A stretch of 32,000 bases of DNA from Candidatus Electronema halotolerans. Lineage in GTDB: Bacteria > Desulfobacterota > Desulfobulbia > Desulfobulbales > Desulfobulbaceae. The notes under the pieces were generated by a model. That model saw only the letters and a program-made list of their open reading frames with translations. It had not been told where the DNA came from and made no database searches. Positions 1 through 7,586 of the stretch are shown one piece after another. The position numbers were made by a program, and so were the translations under genes. Numbering within the stretch: the first letter of the stretch is position 1; the number at the start of each line of letters is the position of its first letter. The stretch spans positions 1-32,000 of the forward strand of contig OW818675.1 of assembly GCA_942493095.1 (NCBI GenBank), given 5' to 3'.

Positions 1-1
1 C

Positions 2-1723
2 CTCTTTGCCCTGCTTTTCGGCGCAGCGGCAGAATGGCTGTTCTGGGACGAGTTCAGCACCCGCTTCAATTTCATTGCCGTGGATTACTTGGTCTATACG
101 GACGAGGTGATCGGCAATATCTGGGAATCCTATCCCATGCCTGCCATTTTGGCCGGGCTGCTGGCACTGTCAGCCCTGCTCCTCTTCCTGCTCTGGCAGA
201 CTGGTCTGCCAAAACTCTGGCTGGCTGGCGAGCATGAGTCCTTCCGGGGCCGTCTGCGCAACGGAGCTGTCTGGCTGACTGCTGTCCTCGTGCTCGGCCT
301 GACCGTCAGCTTGAATTGGCTGCCATCCTTTGCCAACAACTACAACCGCGAGCTGGCCCAGAACGGAGTTTGGTCCCTGTTTGCCGCCTTCCAAGCCAAC
401 CAGCTTGACTATGCCACCTTCTACACCTGCCTGCCGCACAAGCAGGCTCTGTCGCATCTCCAGAAAGAGCTGGTTGAGGACGGCTCAGTCCTGCTCAGAC
501 CGAATAAGAGCGACTCGCTGCGCTATGTCCGCAATGAAGGGCCGGAGCAACATCCCAACATCATTCAGATCACCGTGGAAAGCCTGAGCGCGGACTTTCT
601 CGGCGCGTGGAATCCTGCCTCTGACCTGACCCCGAATCTGGACGCGCTGGCCAAAAAGAGTCTGATCTTCACCCAGTTCTATGCCACCGGCACCCGCACC
701 GTGCGGGGCATGGAGGCGCTGACCCTGTCCCTGCCGCCCACGCCGGGCCGCTCAGTCCTGAAAAGGCCGCACAATGAGAACATGTTCACCTTTGGTTCTG
801 TGCTGCGCAGCAGAGGCTATGACACCGCCTTTCTTTACGGAGGCTTTGGCTATTTTGACAATATGAACTACTTCTTCGGCAATAACGGCTACCGGATTGT
901 TGACCGGGCCGCTGTCACGTCTGAAGATGTCACCTTTGCCAATATCTGGGGGGCCTGCGATCAGGATTTGTACCGCTGGACCATGCGGGAGGCGGACAAA
1001 GAGGCGGCGGCTGGCAAGCCCTTTCACTTCTTCCTCATGACCACTTCCAATCACCGGCCTTTCACCTTCCCGGACGGTCAGATTGATCTGCCGTCCAAAA
1101 CAGCAGGCCGCCAAGGCGGGGTCAAATATACAGATTACGCCATCGGCGAGTTCATCCGCAAGGCCTCGGCCAAGCCGTGGTTCAAGAACACCATCTTTGT
1201 GGTCGTGGCTGACCACTGCGCCTCAAGCGCGGGCAAGACCGAGCTGCCTGTGGCCAAATATCATATTCCCCTGCTGATCTATGCGCCGGGCGGCCAGATT
1301 GCCCCGGGCCGGAACCGCACCCTGATGAGCCAGATGGACTATGCTCCGACTCTGCTCGGCCTGCTCGGCTGGAGCTATCCCAGCCGTTTCTTTGGCCACG
1401 ATGTCCGCCGGATGCAATCTGCTGATGAGGCTCATGCCCTGATCGGCACCTATCAGAAACTCGGTCATCTGGAGGACGGCGAGCTGACCGTGCTTGCGCC
1501 CCGGCATATACAGTCTTTTTATACTGTTGATCTGGCCAGCGCAACCATGACTCCGCTCAAGAACGTGCCGCCGGAAGAGGAGAATGAGGCGATCAGCTAT
1601 TATCAGATGGCGGAGAGCATGTTCAATCAGCGCAGCTACAACGCGCTCAATGCGGCTGAGTTTGAACAGTGGGCCGAAAAGGGGGAGATGGTGACCTCTG
1701 CGAGAGTCTCCTGCCGTTTTTAA
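2..1723 (+). CDS. LtaS/MdoB-type sulfatase-like (alkaline-phosphatase superfamily) membrane transferase, 5' end cut by window edge
   Basis: The frame is open from nt 2 (LFALLFGAAAEWLFWDEFSTRFNFIAVDYLVYTDEV...), so the GTG at 80 in the ORF track is internal. Hydrophobic N-terminal segments are followed by a soluble domain with ITVESLSADFLG, YATGTRTVRGMEA, TSNHRPFTFPDG and FVVVADHCASSAGK. Stop TAA at 1721-1723. Confidence 0.8.
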   Translation, partial: LFALLFGAAAEWLFWDEFSTRFNFIAVDYLVYTDEVIGNIWESYPMPAILAGLLALSALLLFLLWQTGLPKLWLAGEHESFRGRLRNGAVWLTAVLVLGLTVSLNWLPSFANNYNRELAQNGVWSLFAAFQANQLDYATFYTCLPHKQALSHLQKELVEDGSVLLRPNKSDSLRYVRNEGPEQHPNIIQITVESLSADFLGAWNPASDLTPNLDALAKKSLIFTQFYATGTRTVRGMEALTLSLPPTPGRSVLKRPHNENMFTFGSVLRSRGYDTAFLYGGFGYFDNMNYFFGNNGYRIVDRAAVTSEDVTFANIWGACDQDLYRWTMREADKEAAAGKPFHFFLMTTSNHRPFTFPDGQIDLPSKTAGRQGGVKYTDYAIGEFIRKASAKPWFKNTIFVVVADHCASSAGKTELPVAKYHIPLLIYAPGGQIAPGRNRTLMSQMDYAPTLLGLLGWSYPSRFFGHDVRRMQSADEAHALIGTYQKLGHLEDGELTVLAPRHIQSFYTVDLASATMTPLKNVPPEEENEAISYYQMAESMFNQRSYNALNAAEFEQWAEKGEMVTSARVSCRF

Positions 1724-1762
1724 CGGCTCTGCATCAATCAAACAACATCAGGAGGAAGAATC

Positions 1763-2770
1763 ATGAACTGGCATGTTGCTGTCAACGGACAGACGCTTGG
1801 TCCTTTTCCGCAAAAGCAAATCGTGGCCGGGCTGCAGTCTGGTCAGTACAATCAAGCAACTATGGTCTGGCGGGAAGGCTTCAGCGACTGGCTGCCTGTG
1901 GCCCAAGTGCCGGAGCTGACCAATCCGAACGCAGCGGCGACAGCCCAGTCTGCGCCGCCACCTGCCATGTCTGGCTCCAGTGCGGATGAGATTGACTACG
2001 AAATTTTCGGTCATGAGATGCAGTTTGTCGAGATCGAGCTGGACCCGGAGGAAAGCGTGGTGGCCGAGGCGGGTGCTATGATGTACATGAGCGACAACAT
2101 CCAGATGCAGACCATTTTCGGCGACGGCTCGGCCTCCTCGCAGTCAGGCGGTTTTTTTGACAAGATGCTCGGCGCGGGCAAGCGGCTGATCACTGGCGAG
2201 AGCCTGTTCATGACCATGTTCACCTTCACCGGCTACGGCAAGGGCCGGGTCGCCTTTGCCGCCCCCTATCCAGGCAAGATCATTCCCCTTGATCTGCGCC
2301 GCTACAACGGGCGGATCATCTGTCAGAAAGATGCTTTTCTCTGCGCGGCCAAAGGTGTGGCTGTGGGCGTGGCCTTTCAAAAGCGGATCGGCACGGCCCT
2401 GTTCGGCGGCGAAGGCTTCATCATGCAGCGGCTGGACGGCGACGGCCTCTGCTTTGTTCATGCGGGTGGCACCATTGTCGAAAAACAGCTTGAAGCAGGC
2501 CAGAGCCTGCGGGTTGACACTGGCTGCCTTGTCGCCCTGACCCAGACCGTTCAGTATGACATTGAATTTGTCGGCGGGGTCAAGTCAGCCATCTTTGGCG
2601 GCGAAGGCTTCTTCTTTGCCAGCCTGCGCGGGCCAGGCCATGTCTGGCTCCAGTCCCTGCCCTTCTCGCGTCTGGCCGGACGCATCTTTGCCGCTGCACC
2701 CCAAGCTGGCGGCAAAAGCGTTGGCCAGGGTTCTGTGATCGGCAACCTTTCCACGCTCTTTGAACGATAG
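1763..2770 (+). CDS. GYF_2 (DUF4339-like) domain fused to AIM24/TIGR00266-family protein
   Basis: SD AGGAGGAA at 1750-1757 precedes the ATG at 1763. The N-terminus [13 protein letters not shown]...[13 protein letters not shown] is a GYF_2-type module. The rest ([64 protein letters not shown]) fits the AIM24/DUF124 family as I recall it. Confidence 0.7.
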   Translation: MNWHVAVNGQTLGPFPQKQIVAGLQSGQYNQATMVWREGFSDWLPVAQVPELTNPNAAATAQSAPPPAMSGSSADEIDYEIFGHEMQFVEIELDPEESVVAEAGAMMYMSDNIQMQTIFGDGSASSQSGGFFDKMLGAGKRLITGESLFMTMFTFTGYGKGRVAFAAPYPGKIIPLDLRRYNGRIICQKDAFLCAAKGVAVGVAFQKRIGTALFGGEGFIMQRLDGDGLCFVHAGGTIVEKQLEAGQSLRVDTGCLVALTQTVQYDIEFVGGVKSAIFGGEGFFFASLRGPGHVWLQSLPFSRLAGRIFAAAPQAGGKSVGQGSVIGNLSTLFER

Positions 2771-2775
2771 CCCGG

Positions 2776-3264
2776 ATGTCCTTCCAACTGCGGAGCAGCA
2801 TCACTGCCGCCTATCTGTTCTGCCTCTACGCCAGTCTTGGCATTGCCCGGCCTGCGGCGGAATATCTGCGCGCCAGGAACCTGCTCCGACTGACCGTGCT
2901 GGCTCTGTTCACGCTTGCCCTGCCAGCCGTGCTGCGCTGGCGGGCTGCCGCCGCAGGCCGGACCAAGATGCTCCAGCGGCTGACCTTGGCTGCCTTGCTC
3001 CTGACAGCAGCGTTTGTTCTTGCCAAGACCCCGGAGGAGCGGCTTCATTTTCTCACCTACAGTCTCCTCGGCTGGCTGCTCGCCTGGAGTCTGGAAGAAA
3101 AAAAAGTCAGTCCGCTCCTGCCGCTGCTCTTGGTCTGGCTGGCCGGAACCGGTGACGAGCTGATTCAGGGCTGGCTGCCTGACCGCGTTTTTGATCTCCG
3201 CGACATTTTGTTCAACGGGCTGGCCGGAACAGTGGGAACAGCCCTGTTCGCCACAGGCTCATGA
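2776..3264 (+). CDS. VanZ-like membrane protein
   Basis: The ATG lies 5 nt after the preceding stop. The protein has several hydrophobic helices and the VanZ-type C-terminal pattern GDELIQGWLPDRVFDLRDILFNGLAGTVG. Confidence 0.6.
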   Translation: MSFQLRSSITAAYLFCLYASLGIARPAAEYLRARNLLRLTVLALFTLALPAVLRWRAAAAGRTKMLQRLTLAALLLTAAFVLAKTPEERLHFLTYSLLGWLLAWSLEEKKVSPLLPLLLVWLAGTGDELIQGWLPDRVFDLRDILFNGLAGTVGTALFATGS

Positions 3265-3322
3265 GAGAAATTTCAGGGACTGAAGTCTGTTTTTTCGCAG
3301 CAAAAATTCCCCGGCCTTTCCT

Positions 3323-3351
3323 TTGATAATCCTGTCGTCCCGTGGTACAAT
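3323..3351 (+). promoter_or_regulatory. sigma70-type promoter TTGATA-N17-TACAAT for the AAA/FGE-fold operon
   Basis: TTGATA at 3323-3328, an exact 17-nt spacer, and TACAAT at 3346-3351, all in the 175-nt gap after the VanZ-like gene. The TTG that the ORF track uses as the start at 3323 is the -35 hexamer itself. Confidence 0.5.
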
Positions 3352-3439
3352 AACCTTTCAAACAGCGGTGAAACAGCTGTCCGCTGTGCAGGAAAATTTC
3401 AATCACGATCAGGAGCTGCCGCCTCAGTGCGGCTTGGAC

Positions 3440-4750
3440 ATGAACAACACCCCGCCTGTTTCCCGCAGAATACGGGTCGGCTGCCGGATCCGGCTCGAAG
3501 CGTATCAGTCATGGGAAGAAAGTTTCCATGTCTTTGATGAGGAATCTGCTTTAGCCGTGGAAATGGCCTTGGCTGCCGGACGGCCTCTGCTGGTGCGGGG
3601 CGAGCCGGGCAGCGGCAAGACCCAGCTGGCTCGTGCCGCCGCGCAGGAGCTGAACCGTCATTTCATGGCCCAGATCATCAACGGCTCTTCTGAGGGACAG
3701 GACTTGCTCTGGACCTACGATCCAGTGGCCCGGCTTCATGATGCCCAGACCTTGGCGGCAGAGGCGGCAGTTAAGGCGGTTCAGCAGGATTTGTCTGCGG
3801 ATGAAGAAGCGCAGGAGGCGGAAGGGCAGGACCAGTCTCAAGCCTCATCGGCAAGATCGGGCAGAAAAAAGACAGCCCGCTACCGCAGAAAAAAATCAGC
3901 CAAGCAGCAGCGCGGAGACCGTGAGCAGCTGTTCAAACTGCTCCGCAGCGGCACGGCGACTGGGTCAAATCGGAACTGTCCGCTGGAGCGAAGCTGCGGC
4001 GGCAGTCTTGATCCGGGCAGCTATGTCAGCCCCGGCATACTCTGGTGGGCTTTGGACTGCGTCTCAGCCCGGCGGCAGCATGAGCAGTGCCGCTGCCCCG
4101 GTTATCAGCCTGCCTTTGGCTGCTGTCCAGCCGGAGACATGGCGGCAGCGGAACTCTTGGCCGCAGCCCGGCGCGGCTTTGTTCTCCTGCTCGATGAAAT
4201 CGACAAGGCCGAAGCCTCCCTGCCCAATGCCCTGCTGGAGGTGCTGGGCAATGGCAGCTTTCAGGTGCCGCTGCTCAACCATCTGGTCACTGTGCCGCCG
4301 GGCCGGGAAAAGCCCTTGGTGATCATCACCACCAACGAGGAGCGGGAGCTGCCGCCCGCCTTTGTCCGCCGCTGCTTGGTTCTCAATCTTCGCTTTGATG
4401 ATGAGCGGCATCTGCGCAACTGGTGGAACAAGCAGGCATATCAGAACCCGAATGCGTACAGGGCGGATCAGTTTCAGCCGGACCGCGCCTTGATCGGCTG
4501 GCTGGCCGAGCGGGGTGAAGTGCATTTTGAGGGCTTTTTTACTGCCAAGGTCAGGGAGCGGGCTGCCGAGCTGCTGGTCAGGGACCGCCGGGAGGCCAAG
4601 CAGCTTGGCATGGTCAGACCGGGACAGGCCGAATATCTTGATCTGCTCCGCGCCCTGCGCGAGATGACCGCCCCAGAGGACAGCAGCCAGCAGCTTGCCC
4701 TGCTGGAGCGGATCAGTCCTTATGCCTTGGTCAAGCATCCGCTGGAATGA
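3440..4750 (+). CDS. MoxR/AAA_5-like AAA+ ATPase with a large insertion between Walker A and Walker B
   Basis: Walker A GEPGSGKT (3599-3622), Walker B VLLLDEIDKA (from 4181), then LVIITTNEERELPPAFVRRCLVLNL. The start is uncertain: the first ATG after the promoter is at 3440, there is an in-frame TTG at 3434, and no well-spaced SD. The stop overlaps the next start (ATGA at 4747-4750). Confidence 0.75.
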   Translation: MNNTPPVSRRIRVGCRIRLEAYQSWEESFHVFDEESALAVEMALAAGRPLLVRGEPGSGKTQLARAAAQELNRHFMAQIINGSSEGQDLLWTYDPVARLHDAQTLAAEAAVKAVQQDLSADEEAQEAEGQDQSQASSARSGRKKTARYRRKKSAKQQRGDREQLFKLLRSGTATGSNRNCPLERSCGGSLDPGSYVSPGILWWALDCVSARRQHEQCRCPGYQPAFGCCPAGDMAAAELLAAARRGFVLLLDEIDKAEASLPNALLEVLGNGSFQVPLLNHLVTVPPGREKPLVIITTNEERELPPAFVRRCLVLNLRFDDERHLRNWWNKQAYQNPNAYRADQFQPDRALIGWLAERGEVHFEGFFTAKVRERAAELLVRDRREAKQLGMVRPGQAEYLDLLRALREMTAPEDSSQQLALLERISPYALVKHPLE

Positions 4751-6789
4751 GCCGCACACAGCTTGTCAGCCAGGCTGATCTGCTCCGCCTGTTGGCCAGA
4801 CAGCCTGCTGCGCCGCTGACCGAGGCGGCCCGGCTGGTCGGATATCAGCCCCTATTGCCCACGCTTCTGCCAAAAGAAGAGGCTGCTTATGAAACTGCTC
4901 CTGCCACAGCCCAAGAACAGCAAGGTCTTGTTGAGCCGGTTTTCTGGCATTTAGCCCGGCGCGAGCCGCTGCACATTCGTCCCAGTCTCAAGCCTGCTGC
5001 TGGAGCGCAGAATCTGCCTGCGAAACTGCGGCATGTCCAGCCCTTGCGGGCGCAGGAGCTGCAATTCTCCGTTCCTGACCTGCTGGCGGAACAAGCTAGG
5101 CTGACTCTGCGGAAGCGGCAAAGCAAACAGAGAGCACTTGCCCAAGCAGTGCGCAGCGCGGCCCGGCTGCGGCCTTTGCCGTCACAACCGATTCAGCAAA
5201 GCGTCAAATATCAGCGGCTGGAGCGTCTGCCGCCGCCGGTGCGTGCGCTGGAGCTGCTCCGCCAAGGCGGGTTGCTGGAGCGCAGTCAGTGCGACTGGCT
5301 GGAGCGGTTCTTTCTCCGTCTGGCCCGGACGTGGCTTGACCGGCCCAAGAACGCGGAACTTCTCGATTATATCAACGAACTGCTGGAGCTGCTGCCAGAC
5401 AGCCTGCGCCGCCAGCAGGACGGCCCGGCCTTTCTCTATGGCATTGCTCATCGGGACGAGCTGCGGGCTGGAGCGACCATTCCGCAGCCATATCTGGCCG
5501 AGGCCATAGCAAGCATGATTCAGCAGCCGCTGCCTGCGTCAGAATGGCTGTTGGTGCAGAAGGGCGAGGAGCTGTTTCTGCTCAACAGCCCTGACAACGG
5601 CATCTGTTTGCTGCACGGCAGCCGGATCGGGGCTTTGCAGCTTGAGGCGGACCTGCTTCTCCTGCACCAAGGCGGGCAGACTGAGACTGCGCCGGTGCAG
5701 GAGGCAAAACCGATTTGCATTCTCAAGCGGGCCGAAACGGTCTGTCTGCAAAGCCAGAGCGAACAGCTCGTTATTCAGCCCTGCGCCAAACCGGCTTGGG
5801 CCGCCCTGATCGGCAGGAACAGCCGCGATCTCTTCGCCGAAGTGCTGTGGCTGGGCCGGAGCTGCCGCCTGCACTGGCAGATTCCTGCTGCAAACAGCCA
5901 AGGCCGCTGGCAGAGCTATGGCAGACCAGTGGATATGGACAGTTTCGGCCTTACGGCCTGCATCAGCTTTCAGGGCAAGGTGATGCAGCGGTTCCGCTGG
6001 CTGGAGCCGGGCCAGTTTTTCATGGGATCGCCAGAGGATGAGCCGGAACGGGAAATTTGGGGCAAGGAGACCCGGCATGAAGTGCATCTGAGCAAGGGCT
6101 TTTGGCTGGCAGACACGCCAGTCACGCAGGAGCTGTGGCAGTTTGTCATGCAGAACAATCCCTCGAAATTTCGCGGCAAAGATCATCCGGTTGACAGCGT
6201 GAGCTGGGAGGAGGTGCAGATTTTTCTCCAGCGGCTCAACGCCCTGCTGCCGGGCCTCAATGCCCGCCTGCCCTTTGAGGCGGAATGGGAATATGCCTGC
6301 CGGGCCGGGACCAGCACCGCCTTTGCCTTTGGCAGCCGGATCACGCCGGAGCAGGTCAACTATAACGGCCAGTTTCCGTGCAGTTGCGCGACAAAAGGGC
6401 TGTTCCGCCGCCGCACCGTGCCAGTGCGGAGTCTGCCAGCCAATGGCTGGGGTTTATACGAAATGCACGGCAATCTTTGGGAGTGGTGTCAGGACTGGTG
6501 GCTGGAGGATTTGGGGCCGGAACCTGCGCTTGATCCGCACGGGCCGGAACAGGGCGAATTTCGGGTTGTGCGGGGAGGCTCTTGGTTTCTTGGCGGCAAG
6601 GGGGTGCGCTCCGCAGTCCGGGGCAAGTTCGGGCCAGCAGATTTCGGCAGCGACCGGGTCGGCTTCCGCATTGCCTGCGCTCAGGAATCCGGCAGCAGAG
6701 AAGAACCGATTCCTGCGGCAAAAACAGACAGTAAACCAAAAAAGACAGGCGGCAGTCTGCTCAAGCGACTGCTGCGGTGGCGGCAATGA
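4747..6789 (+). CDS. 680-aa protein: unassigned N-terminal ~410 aa plus a C-terminal FGE/SUMF1-fold (formylglycine-generating-enzyme-like) domain
   Basis: C-terminal domain at about nt 5989-6678: RFRWLEPGQFFMGSPEDE, HEVHLSKGFWLADTPVTQELW, PVDSVSWEEVQIF, RLPFEAEWEYACRAG, WGLYEMHGNLWEWCQDWW, RVVRGGSW, RVGFRIA. I recognise no motif in the N-terminal part (Leu/Arg/Gln-rich). The start is coupled to the ATPase stop by ATGA. Confidence 0.8.
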   Translation: MSRTQLVSQADLLRLLARQPAAPLTEAARLVGYQPLLPTLLPKEEAAYETAPATAQEQQGLVEPVFWHLARREPLHIRPSLKPAAGAQNLPAKLRHVQPLRAQELQFSVPDLLAEQARLTLRKRQSKQRALAQAVRSAARLRPLPSQPIQQSVKYQRLERLPPPVRALELLRQGGLLERSQCDWLERFFLRLARTWLDRPKNAELLDYINELLELLPDSLRRQQDGPAFLYGIAHRDELRAGATIPQPYLAEAIASMIQQPLPASEWLLVQKGEELFLLNSPDNGICLLHGSRIGALQLEADLLLLHQGGQTETAPVQEAKPICILKRAETVCLQSQSEQLVIQPCAKPAWAALIGRNSRDLFAEVLWLGRSCRLHWQIPAANSQGRWQSYGRPVDMDSFGLTACISFQGKVMQRFRWLEPGQFFMGSPEDEPEREIWGKETRHEVHLSKGFWLADTPVTQELWQFVMQNNPSKFRGKDHPVDSVSWEEVQIFLQRLNALLPGLNARLPFEAEWEYACRAGTSTAFAFGSRITPEQVNYNGQFPCSCATKGLFRRRTVPVRSLPANGWGLYEMHGNLWEWCQDWWLEDLGPEPALDPHGPEQGEFRVVRGGSWFLGGKGVRSAVRGKFGPADFGSDRVGFRIACAQESGSREEPIPAAKTDSKPKKTGGSLLKRLLRWRQ

Positions 6790-7577
6790 TGTTTCAGGAT
6801 GTGCCTGCCCCATTTCCGCCGCCGTGGGCTTCCAGCTGGGGCGAGGATGCCTTGGGCCTCTGGCTGACCCTCAGCCAGCATGGCATCCGCCAGCTCTTCC
6901 GCTGGATCAGGCCCTGCAATTTTCTGATGGGCGCGCCGGACGAGGAGACTGCCGGACTGCATCTGCCGGGTCGGGAGACGCTGCATGAGGTGCGTCTGAG
7001 CAAAGGCTTCTGGCTGGCCGAGACAACCGTCACACAGGAACTCTGGCAGGCGGTCATGCACAGCAATCCCAGCGGCTTCAGCAGGCCGCAGCAGCCAGTA
7101 GAGCGGGTGAGCTGGGAGGATGCGCAGCTCTTTTTTCAACGGTTAAATGCCATGCTGCCAAAATTGCAAGCCCGCCTGCCCTTTGAGGCGGAATGGGAAT
7201 GCGCCTGCCGGGCTGGAAGCAGGACAGCTTTCTCCTTTGGCGAACAAATCAGGCCGGAGCAGGTCAATTTCAACACCTCCCTTGACGGCTGGGAGGAGCT
7301 GTACCGGCGCAGGACCGTGCCGGTGCGCAGTCTGCCTGCCAATGCTTGGGGTTTATACGAAATGCACGGCAATGTCTGGGAGTGGTGCCAAGACTGGTGG
7401 CAGGAGAATTTGGGCGCAGCAGCTGCTGCGAAGCCGCAGGGGCCGGAGCAATGTGACCTGCGGCCCGTGCGCGGCGGCTCCTGGGTCTGCGATGCCGCCT
7501 CTGTCCGCTCCGCCAGCCGCGACCGCTATCCTGCTGATTACCGGGGTGCCAGCATCGGTTTCAGGATTGCGGTGTGA
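6786..7577 (+). CDS. Stand-alone FGE/SUMF1-fold domain protein, paralog of the C-terminus of the preceding gene
   Basis: Same motif series: LFRWIRPCNFLMGAPDEE, HEVRLSKGFWLAETTVTQELW, RLPFEAEWECACRAG, WGLYEMHGNVWEWCQDWW, VRGGSW, IGFRIA. The ATG at 6786 overlaps the upstream TGA (ATGA at 6786-6789). The ORF track's GTG at 6777 is an alternative start. Confidence 0.8.
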   Translation: MMFQDVPAPFPPPWASSWGEDALGLWLTLSQHGIRQLFRWIRPCNFLMGAPDEETAGLHLPGRETLHEVRLSKGFWLAETTVTQELWQAVMHSNPSGFSRPQQPVERVSWEDAQLFFQRLNAMLPKLQARLPFEAEWECACRAGSRTAFSFGEQIRPEQVNFNTSLDGWEELYRRRTVPVRSLPANAWGLYEMHGNVWEWCQDWWQENLGAAAAAKPQGPEQCDLRPVRGGSWVCDAASVRSASRDRYPADYRGASIGFRIAV

Positions 7578-7586
7578 CGGCCCTGT

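Noticed and set aside
3323-3439. N-terminal 39 codons of the AAA ORF as given in the ORF track
   Set aside because: The TTG 'start' is the -35 hexamer of a near-consensus promoter, so the region is more likely promoter plus 5' UTR.
6260-6988. 242-aa ORF bridging the two FGE-fold genes in another frame, and similar long alternative-frame or antisense ORFs (e.g. 752-1216, 1223-1741, 5539-6186, 8953-9669, 9781-10557, 12278-12928, 12886-13806, 19995-20738, 21815-22618, 22769-23581, 25230-26261, 26566-27291, 28152-28730, 29954-30619)
   Set aside because: These are shadow ORFs typical of high-GC DNA. They are Arg/Ala/Pro/Gly-rich, have no motifs, and each lies entirely inside a gene with strong family signatures in the other frame or strand.
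2-7577. Functional link between the 'sulfatase' gene at 2-1723 and the FGE-fold genes (sulfatase maturation)
   Set aside because: The first gene is the LtaS/MdoB transferase type. I see no C/S-x-P-x-R formylglycine motif in it. The FGE-fold domains appear to lack the catalytic Cys pair, and the genes are in separate transcription units.
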